Positions 44,494 through 53,269 of a stretch of 64,000 nt of DNA are shown one piece after another. Location of the stretch: positions 704,001-768,000 of the forward strand of contig CBDCKW010000009.1 of the NCBI GenBank assembly GCA_965218435.1. The letters are read 5' to 3'. The notes under the pieces were generated by a model. That model was given only the letters and a program-made list of their open reading frames with translations. It did not search any database and was not told the origin of the DNA. The stretch's first letter is position 1; each line of letters starts with the position of its first letter. This stretch comes from Truepera sp. (GTDB lineage Bacteria > Deinococcota > Deinococci > Deinococcales > Trueperaceae). Position numbers and translations under genes: made by a program.

Positions 44494-45003
44494 GTGAGGA
44501 TTTATCTTTTGACAAACGTTTACATTCGCAAAGCCTCACCATCAGACCAAGCGTTTTTAGAAGAGATGCTTTACCAGTCACTCTACGTTCCTAAAGGTCA
44601 TCAGCCTTTTGCCAGGGAGGTTATCAGGCGTCCTGAACTCGCCAGGTATGTAGAAGATTGGGGAAAAGTGGGGGACATAGCCCTGCTTGCAACTGATCCA
44701 AAAAACGATTTGCCTCTGGGCGCAGTTTGGCTTCGCCTTTTGAAAGGGGAGAAGAAAGGTTACGGCTACGTTGACGATAGAACGCCGGAAGTCGGAATTG
44801 CGGTGCTCCCAGCTTATCGTGGTCAAGGTGTTGGGACAGGGTTACTGGAGCAACTATTTAGAGACGCTAGGCCGTACTACGACACTATTTCTTTGAGCGT
44901 TGCTAAAGGTAACCCAGCCATCAACCTCTACCAGAAGCTGGGGTTTAAGCCGGTTCGTGAAGATGACACCTCAGTCGTTATGCTAAAAAACCTGCCTACA
45001 TAG
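44494..45003 (+). CDS. GNAT-family N-acetyltransferase
   Basis: YRGQGVGT and NPAINLYQKLGF. Confidence 0.88.
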   Translation: MRIYLLTNVYIRKASPSDQAFLEEMLYQSLYVPKGHQPFAREVIRRPELARYVEDWGKVGDIALLATDPKNDLPLGAVWLRLLKGEKKGYGYVDDRTPEVGIAVLPAYRGQGVGTGLLEQLFRDARPYYDTISLSVAKGNPAINLYQKLGFKPVREDDTSVVMLKNLPT

Positions 45004-45071
45004 CTTATGAAGCGTGTGAAGAACACACCTTTGTAAGGCTTTTGTGACTTTTGTACTGCTAAGCTGCCCAC

Positions 45072-45336
45072 ATGTCAGCCGCACCACGCCTGTTATCTCT
45101 GCTCGAGGACCACGGTCTCGACCCCGCTACGCCCCCCGACCCCGCAGCGTGGCAAGCCTTTGTTGCTGAGCTGAGCCGCACTGAAGCGGGTAGCGACGAC
45201 CCCGACTTAAACCCGTACGAGGTAACGCCTGCTCCCGGCGTTGCCGCCAGCGCCGCCCAAAAAGTCCAAGCCGACGCTCAGTCGGGTGAATGGTACAAAC
45301 AAGCGGTTGAAATCTCACCAAACGCCATTTTTTTAA
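45072..45336 (+). pseudogene. 5' fragment of a PAS-domain signalling protein, truncated by the IS
   Basis: YKQAVEISPNAIFLI resembles the start of a PAS domain and runs directly into the IS inverted repeat. The last ~13 codons of ORF 45072..45377 are IS-derived. Confidence 0.65.
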
Positions 45337-46384
45337 TAAATCATCTGCGAAATAAGTACACGATCAGAATAAAGTAGCTAGGCTTAGAGAAAGGGTTTAA
45401 GTCGGCTTACCAAGCCAGAGCATCTAACTTTCTGAAGTTATGAAGCCCCGCGATAGCTAAGAAAGTGTCATCATAAACAGCTTTTGGGCCTCGGTAGATA
45501 CCCGCTAAGAGCTTAAAGCGTTTCAAGTGAGCCAGTGTGTGCTCGACAGGAAAACGCAGGCTGTTTTGAACTTTGTTGAGGCATTTCTGGATGAAGTCCA
45601 GGGGTTTGTTTCTTCTAGCTTTGCTGGGCTGATGGAAGGTTCTATGGGGAAAATCCTTATCAATACCGTCATATCCTTTGTCCACTCGGACCTCGGTAGC
45701 CGTAGGTAAAGCTCGTAACACCCCGGTACCTCTAAGGACGTTGACGTCGCTGAATTTGCCTGGTAAAGAACGTGTCACATGAAGGATAAGCTTTGTGTTG
45801 GTGGCAGTGATTTGGGTCTTGAGCGTATGTCGCTTTTTCTTACCTGAATACTTGTCTCTGCGTTCTTGCTTGTCTTTGGGTTTCTGGATTTCTTGCTCGG
45901 TAGCATCAACCAAGACTTCCTTGAACTCAGGATGCTGCTCAAGCAGTTCTTCTAGGCTTGCGATACGCTTTCTTTTAGCTTGACCAAAAAGAACTGTCTC
46001 GTGCGCTGGTAAGGGGAGAACCTCAAGTAGTACAGGTCGAAGTTTGCTGATCAAACGGCTGACGTTACTATCATCCAAGTTGAATAAGTAGCCTAGTAGC
46101 AGCTGGGTCAGGTACAAACGGTAATACAGCAGCACCCCTAAAACCTGATCCTCTACCCCTAGTTCTGCCTTGCGTCCCCCGCCTACTGCACGTTGACGTA
46201 ATTTGCCCTGGGTGCCTTTTGGTTCGGCAAGGCGTACTTCGACCGCTTTACTAAGCAACTTGAACTGCTCGACGCTTAAACCTGTGAAGTTATACAGATG
46301 CTTGGGCTTTCTCTTTAAGCGGCTCGCTTTCATCCTGCTAGTTTAGTCCTTTGACTCCTTCGGCGCTATTTCGCAGATGATTTA
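45337..46384 (-). mobile_element. IS5-family (ISL2-like group) insertion sequence, ~1.05 kb
   Basis: Perfect 18-bp terminal IR TAAATCATCTGCGAAATA (45337-45354) / TATTTCGCAGATGATTTA (46367-46384). The outer TA may be target sequence. Confidence 0.9.
45407..46333 (-). CDS. DDE transposase (HTH_Tnp_4 + DDE_Tnp_4 type)
   Basis: FTGLSVEQF, VLVDATE, YSGKKKRHTLKTQ, VDKGY and RFPVEHTLAHLKRFK. Confidence 0.92.
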   Translation of the reverse strand: MKASRLKRKPKHLYNFTGLSVEQFKLLSKAVEVRLAEPKGTQGKLRQRAVGGGRKAELGVEDQVLGVLLYYRLYLTQLLLGYLFNLDDSNVSRLISKLRPVLLEVLPLPAHETVLFGQAKRKRIASLEELLEQHPEFKEVLVDATEQEIQKPKDKQERRDKYSGKKKRHTLKTQITATNTKLILHVTRSLPGKFSDVNVLRGTGVLRALPTATEVRVDKGYDGIDKDFPHRTFHQPSKARRNKPLDFIQKCLNKVQNSLRFPVEHTLAHLKRFKLLAGIYRGPKAVYDDTFLAIAGLHNFRKLDALAW

Positions 46385-47011
46385 GTGTAATAGCTGACTA
46401 CCGAATGGCCCCGTGCGTATTGCGTTTTTCTTTTGTGCTGCAACGTCGGAAACTTTTACGCGAGGCCATTTTTGGGCCGCTTCTTTGCCGAACATCTCTA
46501 AAAACACCGTTTGCAAGTAGGTATCAGAAACCGTAAGCCCGTACCTTCTAAGCCGCCGCAACCGGTCAGCTTTGGCGAGGATAGCAGCGAGACGTTTTTG
46601 CTCGAGGAGTGACGGGATTTCTAACTCCAAATCTTCTAAACTTCTACGGCTGACGTGCGGGATAGTCGCACCTGTGGCATTTTCTTGAAGGTAGTCAAAT
46701 TTGCTTTTTAGAAAATAGCCTAAGTACGGTGTAAATATATTTCGACTGTTGAAGCGAAGAATTGCGATTGTACTGCCTATGTAGCCATCTAATCCAAATC
46801 CGATTGTTCCGGCGTTAGCCCCGTCCCAAGCAATAAGCACGTCGTTTTCGTTCGCAAGTACGCCTTGCTCATCACGGGCGTATTGTAAGAAACTGTCAGT
46901 ACGCAAATCGTCAATTTGAATGTAACGTTGCGTGTTCTCTTGAGAAGTTGTGTAAACTTCAGGCGCTTTTCGTCCTTTCAAAATAGTTATTTCATCACCC
47001 AGACGGTTCAA
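46382..47011 (-). CDS. hsdS: Type I R-M specificity subunit, truncated after the first TRD and central conserved region
   Basis: GATIPHVS..LEIPSLLEQKRLAAIL..LQTVFLEMFG, then the start of TRD2 (IRTGPFGSQL). The stop TAA is supplied by the IS end. Confidence 0.85.
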   Translation of the reverse strand: MNRLGDEITILKGRKAPEVYTTSQENTQRYIQIDDLRTDSFLQYARDEQGVLANENDVLIAWDGANAGTIGFGLDGYIGSTIAILRFNSRNIFTPYLGYFLKSKFDYLQENATGATIPHVSRRSLEDLELEIPSLLEQKRLAAILAKADRLRRLRRYGLTVSDTYLQTVFLEMFGKEAAQKWPRVKVSDVAAQKKNAIRTGPFGSQLLH

Positions 47012-48726
47012 GCCAACAACCCCATAATCTGCCGCGCTTCTGACGCCATAATCTCCTCGAGCGTCAAAAGCCGCTGCATCGTCACCTGAGGGCTTTCATA
47101 ATACGTCTCGTCTTGCTCGACTTGCCGGTAACGACTCGCCGAAAGGTCGTACTTGTTCGCCCGCACCCTCTCCTTGCTGACCCAAAACTGCCGTGTGAGC
47201 TGCTCGAGCTGCGCTTGCAAGGGTGCAATCTGTGCGCTTACGGCGTTCAGTTTCTCTTGGTCGGTGTCTAACAGCGTCCGAGCCGCCTCCGCCGCGTCCC
47301 CGTCCGCTGCAATCACGCTTTCAAAGGTCAGGCGGTTGATTTCAGCCTGCATCCGCAGGCGTTTCTCTTTGAGCGGTGCCAGTTCGGTCTTGAGCTGTTC
47401 GATGTGCGCTTGGCGCGTTTTGGTGAATACAGGGTTACGCCGTTCGCGCCAGCACGTCAGGATGTCGGGGATGTCGTTTTCGCGCACCTTTTGGCGTTTG
47501 TCGTCGAGGCTGAGGCCGTCAAACGCCATGTCGTAAAACCAGATGCGTTCAGTTTTTGCGCCCTTGGTAAAAAACAGTACCGCCGTCGAGACGCCCGCGT
47601 AGGGCTTGAAGACGCCCGAGGGCATCGAGAGTACGCCCTCCAAACGGTTTTCTTCTATGAGCTTTTTGCGGGTCTCAGTGTGCGCTTTGGACGAGCCGAA
47701 CAACACCCCGTCCGGGACGATGACGGCGGCGCGTCCGCCCATCTCGAGGGCGCGGAGCATCAGGTGCAAGAAAAGCAGTTCGGATTTGGTCATGGTCGTC
47801 GGCAAGGTGTCCGACACGTCGCCCTTGTCTACCGCACCCTTAAACGGTGGGTTCATCAGCAGTACGTCGTAGACGCTGGTTTCAGTAAAGCTTTTCGAGA
47901 GCGTATCCGCGTGCTCGAACTGTGGCGCGTTGATGCCGTGCAGCATCAGGTTCATCGTGCCAATACGCAGAAGCGTCATGCCGGAGTCGTTGTCGAAGCC
48001 GCGCAGCCCTTCCGGACCTTCTAAGTGGGCGCGCAGTTCCGGGCTCAAGAGGTCGCCGACGGCGTTGTGGATGGTGCCGTCAGGGTCACGCTCCAACACG
48101 TCCTCGCTGGTGTTTTGCTCGAGGATGTACTCGTAAGCGTTTGCCAAAAATCCTGCTGTGCCCGCTGCCAGGTCGCCGATGCGTTCATGCGCTTTTGGCT
48201 CAACCATCTCGACCATCATCCGAATGATGTGGCGCGGCGTGCGAAACTGACCGTTACGGCCTGCCGTTGAGAGCTTGTTCAGCAGGTACTCGTAGAGGTC
48301 GCCCTGTACATCGCGGTTTTGGGCGCTGATTTGCATCTCGCCGATGAGGTTGCACGCTTCGACGAGCGTGCCGGGTTTGTTGAGTTTCAGCTCGGCGTTT
48401 TGCATGTAGCGGGTGAACGAGCCTTCGCTGTCGTTGCTCAGCGCCCGGAACCAAGGGAACACGGTACCGCGCAGGTGGTCTAACATCTCCCGCGCCTGAA
48501 AGTTCGTCCAGTGACTCCAGCGCATCTTTTGAGGGACGTTTGGGGTGTACGCTGCGCCGCGCATTGACGCGCTGCGTTCACGGGCCGTTTCGTTTTCATC
48601 AAGCCGTTTCAAAAAGAGTAGGTAAGAAAATTGTTCGATGGCGTCGAGCGGGTTCGACAGGCCGCCCGTCCAGAGTTTGTCCCAGAGTTGGTCAACTTGG
48701 CTGCGGAGTTTGGGGTCGGTAAGCAT
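47008..48726 (-). CDS. hsdM: Type I R-M N6-adenine methyltransferase subunit
   Basis: GQFRTPRHII, DLAAGTAGFL (motif I), NPPF (motif IV) and VPDGVLFG. Confidence 0.93.
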   Translation of the reverse strand: MLTDPKLRSQVDQLWDKLWTGGLSNPLDAIEQFSYLLFLKRLDENETARERSASMRGAAYTPNVPQKMRWSHWTNFQAREMLDHLRGTVFPWFRALSNDSEGSFTRYMQNAELKLNKPGTLVEACNLIGEMQISAQNRDVQGDLYEYLLNKLSTAGRNGQFRTPRHIIRMMVEMVEPKAHERIGDLAAGTAGFLANAYEYILEQNTSEDVLERDPDGTIHNAVGDLLSPELRAHLEGPEGLRGFDNDSGMTLLRIGTMNLMLHGINAPQFEHADTLSKSFTETSVYDVLLMNPPFKGAVDKGDVSDTLPTTMTKSELLFLHLMLRALEMGGRAAVIVPDGVLFGSSKAHTETRKKLIEENRLEGVLSMPSGVFKPYAGVSTAVLFFTKGAKTERIWFYDMAFDGLSLDDKRQKVRENDIPDILTCWRERRNPVFTKTRQAHIEQLKTELAPLKEKRLRMQAEINRLTFESVIAADGDAAEAARTLLDTDQEKLNAVSAQIAPLQAQLEQLTRQFWVSKERVRANKYDLSASRYRQVEQDETYYESPQVTMQRLLTLEEIMASEARQIMGLLA

Positions 48727-48822
48727 GGGTCTCCTTCGCTCGAGCATAAAACGCACGTCGGCGTCTTGTCGAGAAAATCTTTATACGACAGTTTGGAGTA
48801 CGTTTTGTAGTACAGTTCTGTT

Positions 48823-49065
48823 ATGAAAGTTCAAATCAGTGCCCGTATTGACGAAGGCTTGGCAGGGTTTCTCGAGTCATATCAGCAGAAGCACGACGTC
48901 AAAAACCGCAGCGAAGTTTTAGAACGGGCCATCGAAGCCCTGCGTGAGCGCGTTCTATCTGAAGAATACGCACAGGCGATGGAAGAGTGGGAAGGCTCGG
49001 AGGACGCGAAGCTTTGGGATCAAACCGTAGGTGACGGCATCGCCCCCGGCGAGCGGTGGGAGTAG
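48823..49065 (+). CDS. RHH-type antitoxin (MazE-like)
   Basis: MKVQISARID..NRSEVLERAI RHH fold and acidic tail WDQTVGDGI. Lies directly upstream of the toxin. Confidence 0.85.
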   Translation: MKVQISARIDEGLAGFLESYQQKHDVKNRSEVLERAIEALRERVLSEEYAQAMEEWEGSEDAKLWDQTVGDGIAPGERWE

Positions 49066-49069
49066 CGCC

Positions 49070-49417
49070 TTGAGACGGGGCGACGTATACCTGACCGACT
49101 TTGAGCCAGTAAGGGGAAGCGAGGCTAACAGCGTCCGTCCGGCAGTTATTGTGAGCCGCGACGCCCTCAACGAGGTGGTTGATGAACGCGGATACGGCGT
49201 GGTTACAGTCGTGCCACTGACCAGTAACATCACGCGGGTGCTTTCTTTTCAAGTATTTTTGTCAAGCGAAGATACGGGTCTTAACGAAGACAGCAAGGCG
49301 CAGGCCGAACAGGTAAGAGCAGTGAGCGTAGACCGGCTGAGGCGACGCTTGGGGAGCGTTCCCGCGCCGCTTATGGTGCAACTTAACAGTGCCCTGCGGC
49401 TTCACTTGGCGCTCTGA
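49070..49417 (+). CDS. mazF: MazF/PemK-family mRNA endoribonuclease toxin
   Basis: RRGDVYLTDFEPVRGSEA..RPAVIVS, VVPLTS, SKAQAEQVRAV and ALRLHL. Probable TTG start. Confidence 0.92.
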   Translation: MRRGDVYLTDFEPVRGSEANSVRPAVIVSRDALNEVVDERGYGVVTVVPLTSNITRVLSFQVFLSSEDTGLNEDSKAQAEQVRAVSVDRLRRRLGSVPAPLMVQLNSALRLHLAL

Positions 49418-49430
49418 AGCTTGATGTGGT

Positions 49431-52232
49431 TCAAGCTCCTGCGTTCGTGATAGAAAGGGTTTGGGTAAAGGCGAGGATATTCTTACGTTCAGCCTCGGTA
49501 AAGAAGTGGTCGGCGGCGTCCTGACCAAAACTTGTTAAGGGTGCTTCGTAAAGGTCGGCGATGTGCAGGTGGCGCTGCCGCACCAGCACGCTCTTAACCG
49601 CCCGCAAAAAGCGTATCTGATTAGCGTTGAAGGTTTGCGCGGCGATGTAGGCGTCAAACTGCCTACCGACGACCTCGGCGTATTCGCTCAACTGCTCATT
49701 CGCAAGGTGATAACGTAAAAATCCTAAAAGGCTGCCGACACTAACGCCGTAGACGCGTTTAGTCGTGCGAGGCGAAAACTGCAAAAAGCTCTCTTCAAGT
49801 TCTTCATGCAGGGTGCGCTCGAGGGCGATAAGCTCCTTGTCGCTGATCGGCTGACCGGTAGACAAGGCTTGCATCGTCGGGTGCTTTTTGATGATTTCGT
49901 GGACGCGCCCCTCAACCCGCTCACGGTACGCTTCGGCATAGAGCGGTTCACCGTGTTCGTCCAAAACGATGTGACTACGATAGTCAATTATGTCCTTAAG
50001 GTCGAGGTTGACAAAGATACTTTCACGGTTTTGACGGTTTTTCATCTCCGGTGCAAGCTGATGGATGAGGTCGTCAAGTTGACCCGCGCTTCCGGTAGCG
50101 AGGGTTTCGGAAAGGGCGAAGTTGTAGATCGCACGCTTTTCAGGAGCTTCAGTTACAAACGCGGGTAAGCGACCCACGTCATCCCGGATTGAGGTCAAGG
50201 TGGCGTTCGTCGCCTCTTTGGTGAGGGTCTCGAGCTTGAGCCGTTCAACTTTGTTGGTAAACGTCTCCCCAGCCACGTCTACTTCGGACGTCAGACGCAG
50301 AAGCGGCCCGACCTTGGCCTTCAGAAAATCCAACTTGTTCGCGTTCAAATACGTCCAAAAGCCTTCGTCCCAGACGCTCCCGATTTCAGCCTCAGCTTGC
50401 TGAACCTTATAGGTATCGCGGGGGAGGCGTGCCACCATCTCCCGAAGTACCTCCTTTGTTGCCTGCGCTTCGGGCACGTTCTGATTCGGTAGGTAAGCCC
50501 GCATCAGTTTGAGGCGGGTGTTGAAGACCGAAACCAACACCGGAAGACTTGGCGCGGGCGCTTTGCTCGGGTCTTTTTTGAAGTCATTTTCCCAGAAATC
50601 GAGGATGAGAAAGCTTTCTTTTTTGCCGTCCGGCAACCACTCGGGGTGGGTACACGCCTCATGGGTACGGGTACCGCGCCCGATCATCTGCGCCAGTTTG
50701 ATGCCCGACTGCACAGGGCGCATAAAAACTAGGTTGATAACCTCCGGGACGTTGACGCCGGTCTCGAGCATATCTACGCTGATAGCGATACGCGGCTGAC
50801 TTTCTTTCTTAAAACGGTCAATCAGCGTGCCTTTGTATTCGCTTTTATAGGTAATGACGGCGGCAAGGTTCGGAAACTGCGGGTACATCTCGTCGAAAAC
50901 GTCTTTGAGCCGGAGGGCGTGGTCTTGGGTCAGCGCAAAGACGATGGTTTTACCGATAAGCCCCGCGTCGTCATAACGGCACGCACTCATCAGTTCGTCC
51001 CACTGCCGCCGCAAGGTGTCTTTGTTGCTCACAGTGCGCTCGAGGTCGCTCCCCGAGACGTCTAACTCATCGGGGTCAATCCCTTGCTCGAGGAGCGCAA
51101 ACTTGGTCTCTTCGTCGAGCTCGGCCCCTTTGATGCCCTTGCGCTGAAATTTAGTCTGCGCGGCCTGCAGGTCAAAATCCATCAGGTAGCCCTCTTCGAT
51201 GGCTTGACGGTAGCCGTAGTTGCAGGTCGGCACATTGTCGGGACAGCCGAACTCGACAAAGGTGTTGCGGTCAACGAACTCAGCAGGTGTCGCCGTCAGG
51301 CCGATCATCCGCCCGTCGAAATACTGCACCACGTCGTTCCATTTGTTAAAGATCGAGCGGTGAACCTCATCAAAGATGATGAGGTCAAAAAACGCAGGCG
51401 TAAACTCTCGAAAACACTGGTTGAGCGTTTGCAACGTCACCACGAACAAGCGGCTCTCACGCTCGATGCGGTGTCCATAAATACGTGAGGCAGGTTCATC
51501 GGTTAGATGGTCTTGAAAACCTTCTACAAGTGCTTGCGACACAAGCGCGTCGCGGTCGGCAACAAATAGCACCCGCCTAGCCTGATTGCTGTCTAAAAAC
51601 AGTTTGACGAGCGCCATTGCGGTACGAGTTTTGCCGGTGCCGGTTGCCATCACTAAGAGTGCACGGCGACACCCCGCTTCAGACGCTTCGGCGACGCGCC
51701 GGACGGCCTCGTGTTGATAGGGCCGATTGATAATCTCGGCGTCTAGCGGCGTGGTGCTGAGCGCGAGTGCGTTTTGACGCATGAAAAGCTGCGCCTCGAG
51801 GTCAGCTCTGGAAAAGAAACCCTGTACTTCGCGTTTAGGTGCGTCGCCTACGTCCCAAAAATAAGTTTTGGTGCCGTTGGTCATGAAAGCAAAGGGGCGA
51901 ATAGCTTGACGTTTCGCAATTTCCTCAACGTAGGAACGGGTCTGCGCTTCGGCTAAGCGGATGTCAACGCTGGCACGCTTCGCTTCAACGACCGCTAGGA
52001 CTTCACCATTTTCGCGGTAGAGGACATAATCACTGATACCTGCTGGAAACGTCGCCTCGGTCGGGACGCCTTCGTGCGCGAGCTGCGCTTTAAGCGCGTG
52101 CCAAGCTCCAGCATCACCGTCCACCGGAATTTCTAGGCCGACTTGGGTGGAGTCGTTGACAGCCCAACCTGCCGCCTCGAGCTTGGGGTCAATCTGCGCT
52201 TTGCGGGTTGCGGCCTCACTAGGTTCGCTCAT
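49431..52232 (-). CDS. hsdR: Type I R-M restriction subunit (EcoEI/EcoAI-like architecture)
   Basis: SEAATRKAQID, DYVL..VVEAK nuclease motif, MATGTGKT, DEVHRS, GLTATP and QMIGRGTR. Confidence 0.92.
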   Translation of the reverse strand: MSEPSEAATRKAQIDPKLEAAGWAVNDSTQVGLEIPVDGDAGAWHALKAQLAHEGVPTEATFPAGISDYVLYRENGEVLAVVEAKRASVDIRLAEAQTRSYVEEIAKRQAIRPFAFMTNGTKTYFWDVGDAPKREVQGFFSRADLEAQLFMRQNALALSTTPLDAEIINRPYQHEAVRRVAEASEAGCRRALLVMATGTGKTRTAMALVKLFLDSNQARRVLFVADRDALVSQALVEGFQDHLTDEPASRIYGHRIERESRLFVVTLQTLNQCFREFTPAFFDLIIFDEVHRSIFNKWNDVVQYFDGRMIGLTATPAEFVDRNTFVEFGCPDNVPTCNYGYRQAIEEGYLMDFDLQAAQTKFQRKGIKGAELDEETKFALLEQGIDPDELDVSGSDLERTVSNKDTLRRQWDELMSACRYDDAGLIGKTIVFALTQDHALRLKDVFDEMYPQFPNLAAVITYKSEYKGTLIDRFKKESQPRIAISVDMLETGVNVPEVINLVFMRPVQSGIKLAQMIGRGTRTHEACTHPEWLPDGKKESFLILDFWENDFKKDPSKAPAPSLPVLVSVFNTRLKLMRAYLPNQNVPEAQATKEVLREMVARLPRDTYKVQQAEAEIGSVWDEGFWTYLNANKLDFLKAKVGPLLRLTSEVDVAGETFTNKVERLKLETLTKEATNATLTSIRDDVGRLPAFVTEAPEKRAIYNFALSETLATGSAGQLDDLIHQLAPEMKNRQNRESIFVNLDLKDIIDYRSHIVLDEHGEPLYAEAYRERVEGRVHEIIKKHPTMQALSTGQPISDKELIALERTLHEELEESFLQFSPRTTKRVYGVSVGSLLGFLRYHLANEQLSEYAEVVGRQFDAYIAAQTFNANQIRFLRAVKSVLVRQRHLHIADLYEAPLTSFGQDAADHFFTEAERKNILAFTQTLSITNAGA

Positions 52233-52334
52233 GTAGAGGCAATTGTAAAATACTTTCGGTCGCTAACGCTGTGCGGTTTATGGCGTCAGATAAAGTGCTG
52301 TTAGACCTGACCAAGCAGGAGCGAGAGGAGAATC

Positions 52335-53063
52335 GTGAGGCTTGTCTACATTCAAACACACTCGGATGGCCGCTTTTTGAACATCAACGTCTTCGCAGCT
52401 TTTGAAGCGTTCAGGACGCTCGGCTATGAGGTTAAAACGTTTGTACTCGGCGACCTCGAGACTCTCCCGCTCTCCCCCAATGCTATCGTCGTCGGCAATA
52501 TCGGGACAGTGTGGCGAGCACTGGAGAAGTTGGGCGTACCGCAGCCACCGTATCTATTGACACCTAAATGTCTTAAACCGTTTTTGGGCCGCGACGAGTG
52601 GGTAAGTACACTCGGTGAGGTGCGAAGTTTAGCGCAGGTGCCCATATTTATCAAACCGCTCGAGCGCGGCAAGACATTTACCGGCCATGTTGTTGGGGCG
52701 TTTCGAGACCTTATCGAAATCGCGCCGCTCCCTGACAACCTACCGGTGCTCGCGCAAACGCCGGTAGAGTTCAGCAGCGAGTGGCGGGTGTTTGTACTTA
52801 AGGGTGAAGTGTTAGGTGTTGGGCACTACCACGGCGATCCACTTCTGTTCCCAGACAGTTCGGTCATCAGAACAATGCTTGGCGCTTATACCGTGTCCCC
52901 AGCAGCCTACGCCCTTGACGCGGGCATTACCCGTAACGGACAGACGCTGCTCGTCGAACTCAATGACGGCTACGCACTTGGAGCTTACGGGTTGCCGTCG
53001 CACCATTACGTTCGGTTGCTCGAGGCCCGCTGGGACGAACTGTGTGCTGCAGCAACCGTGTAA
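52335..53063 (+). CDS. ATP-grasp domain protein (DUF4343/R2K-like)
   Basis: FIKP..KTFTG, SEWRVFV and YALDAG..LLVELNDGYALGAYG. Confidence 0.75.
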   Translation: MRLVYIQTHSDGRFLNINVFAAFEAFRTLGYEVKTFVLGDLETLPLSPNAIVVGNIGTVWRALEKLGVPQPPYLLTPKCLKPFLGRDEWVSTLGEVRSLAQVPIFIKPLERGKTFTGHVVGAFRDLIEIAPLPDNLPVLAQTPVEFSSEWRVFVLKGEVLGVGHYHGDPLLFPDSSVIRTMLGAYTVSPAAYALDAGITRNGQTLLVELNDGYALGAYGLPSHHYVRLLEARWDELCAAATV

Positions 53064-53269
53064 AACACGGCACACCTAAAGTGCCTTGACCTGCACGAGC
53101 TTGCTGAGCCGACCTTGAAAAGATGCGTTGAGGACGCATCTTTTAAGTTCTTTCCAAATCTTTTCTCTGCCGGGACACAAGTCATAGGTTTCCGCCTCCA
53201 AACTGCTACTTTTTCAAGCACACCCTCAGTGCCGTGTTTCTCCCCTATCTAAGTTGTTACACCCACTAG

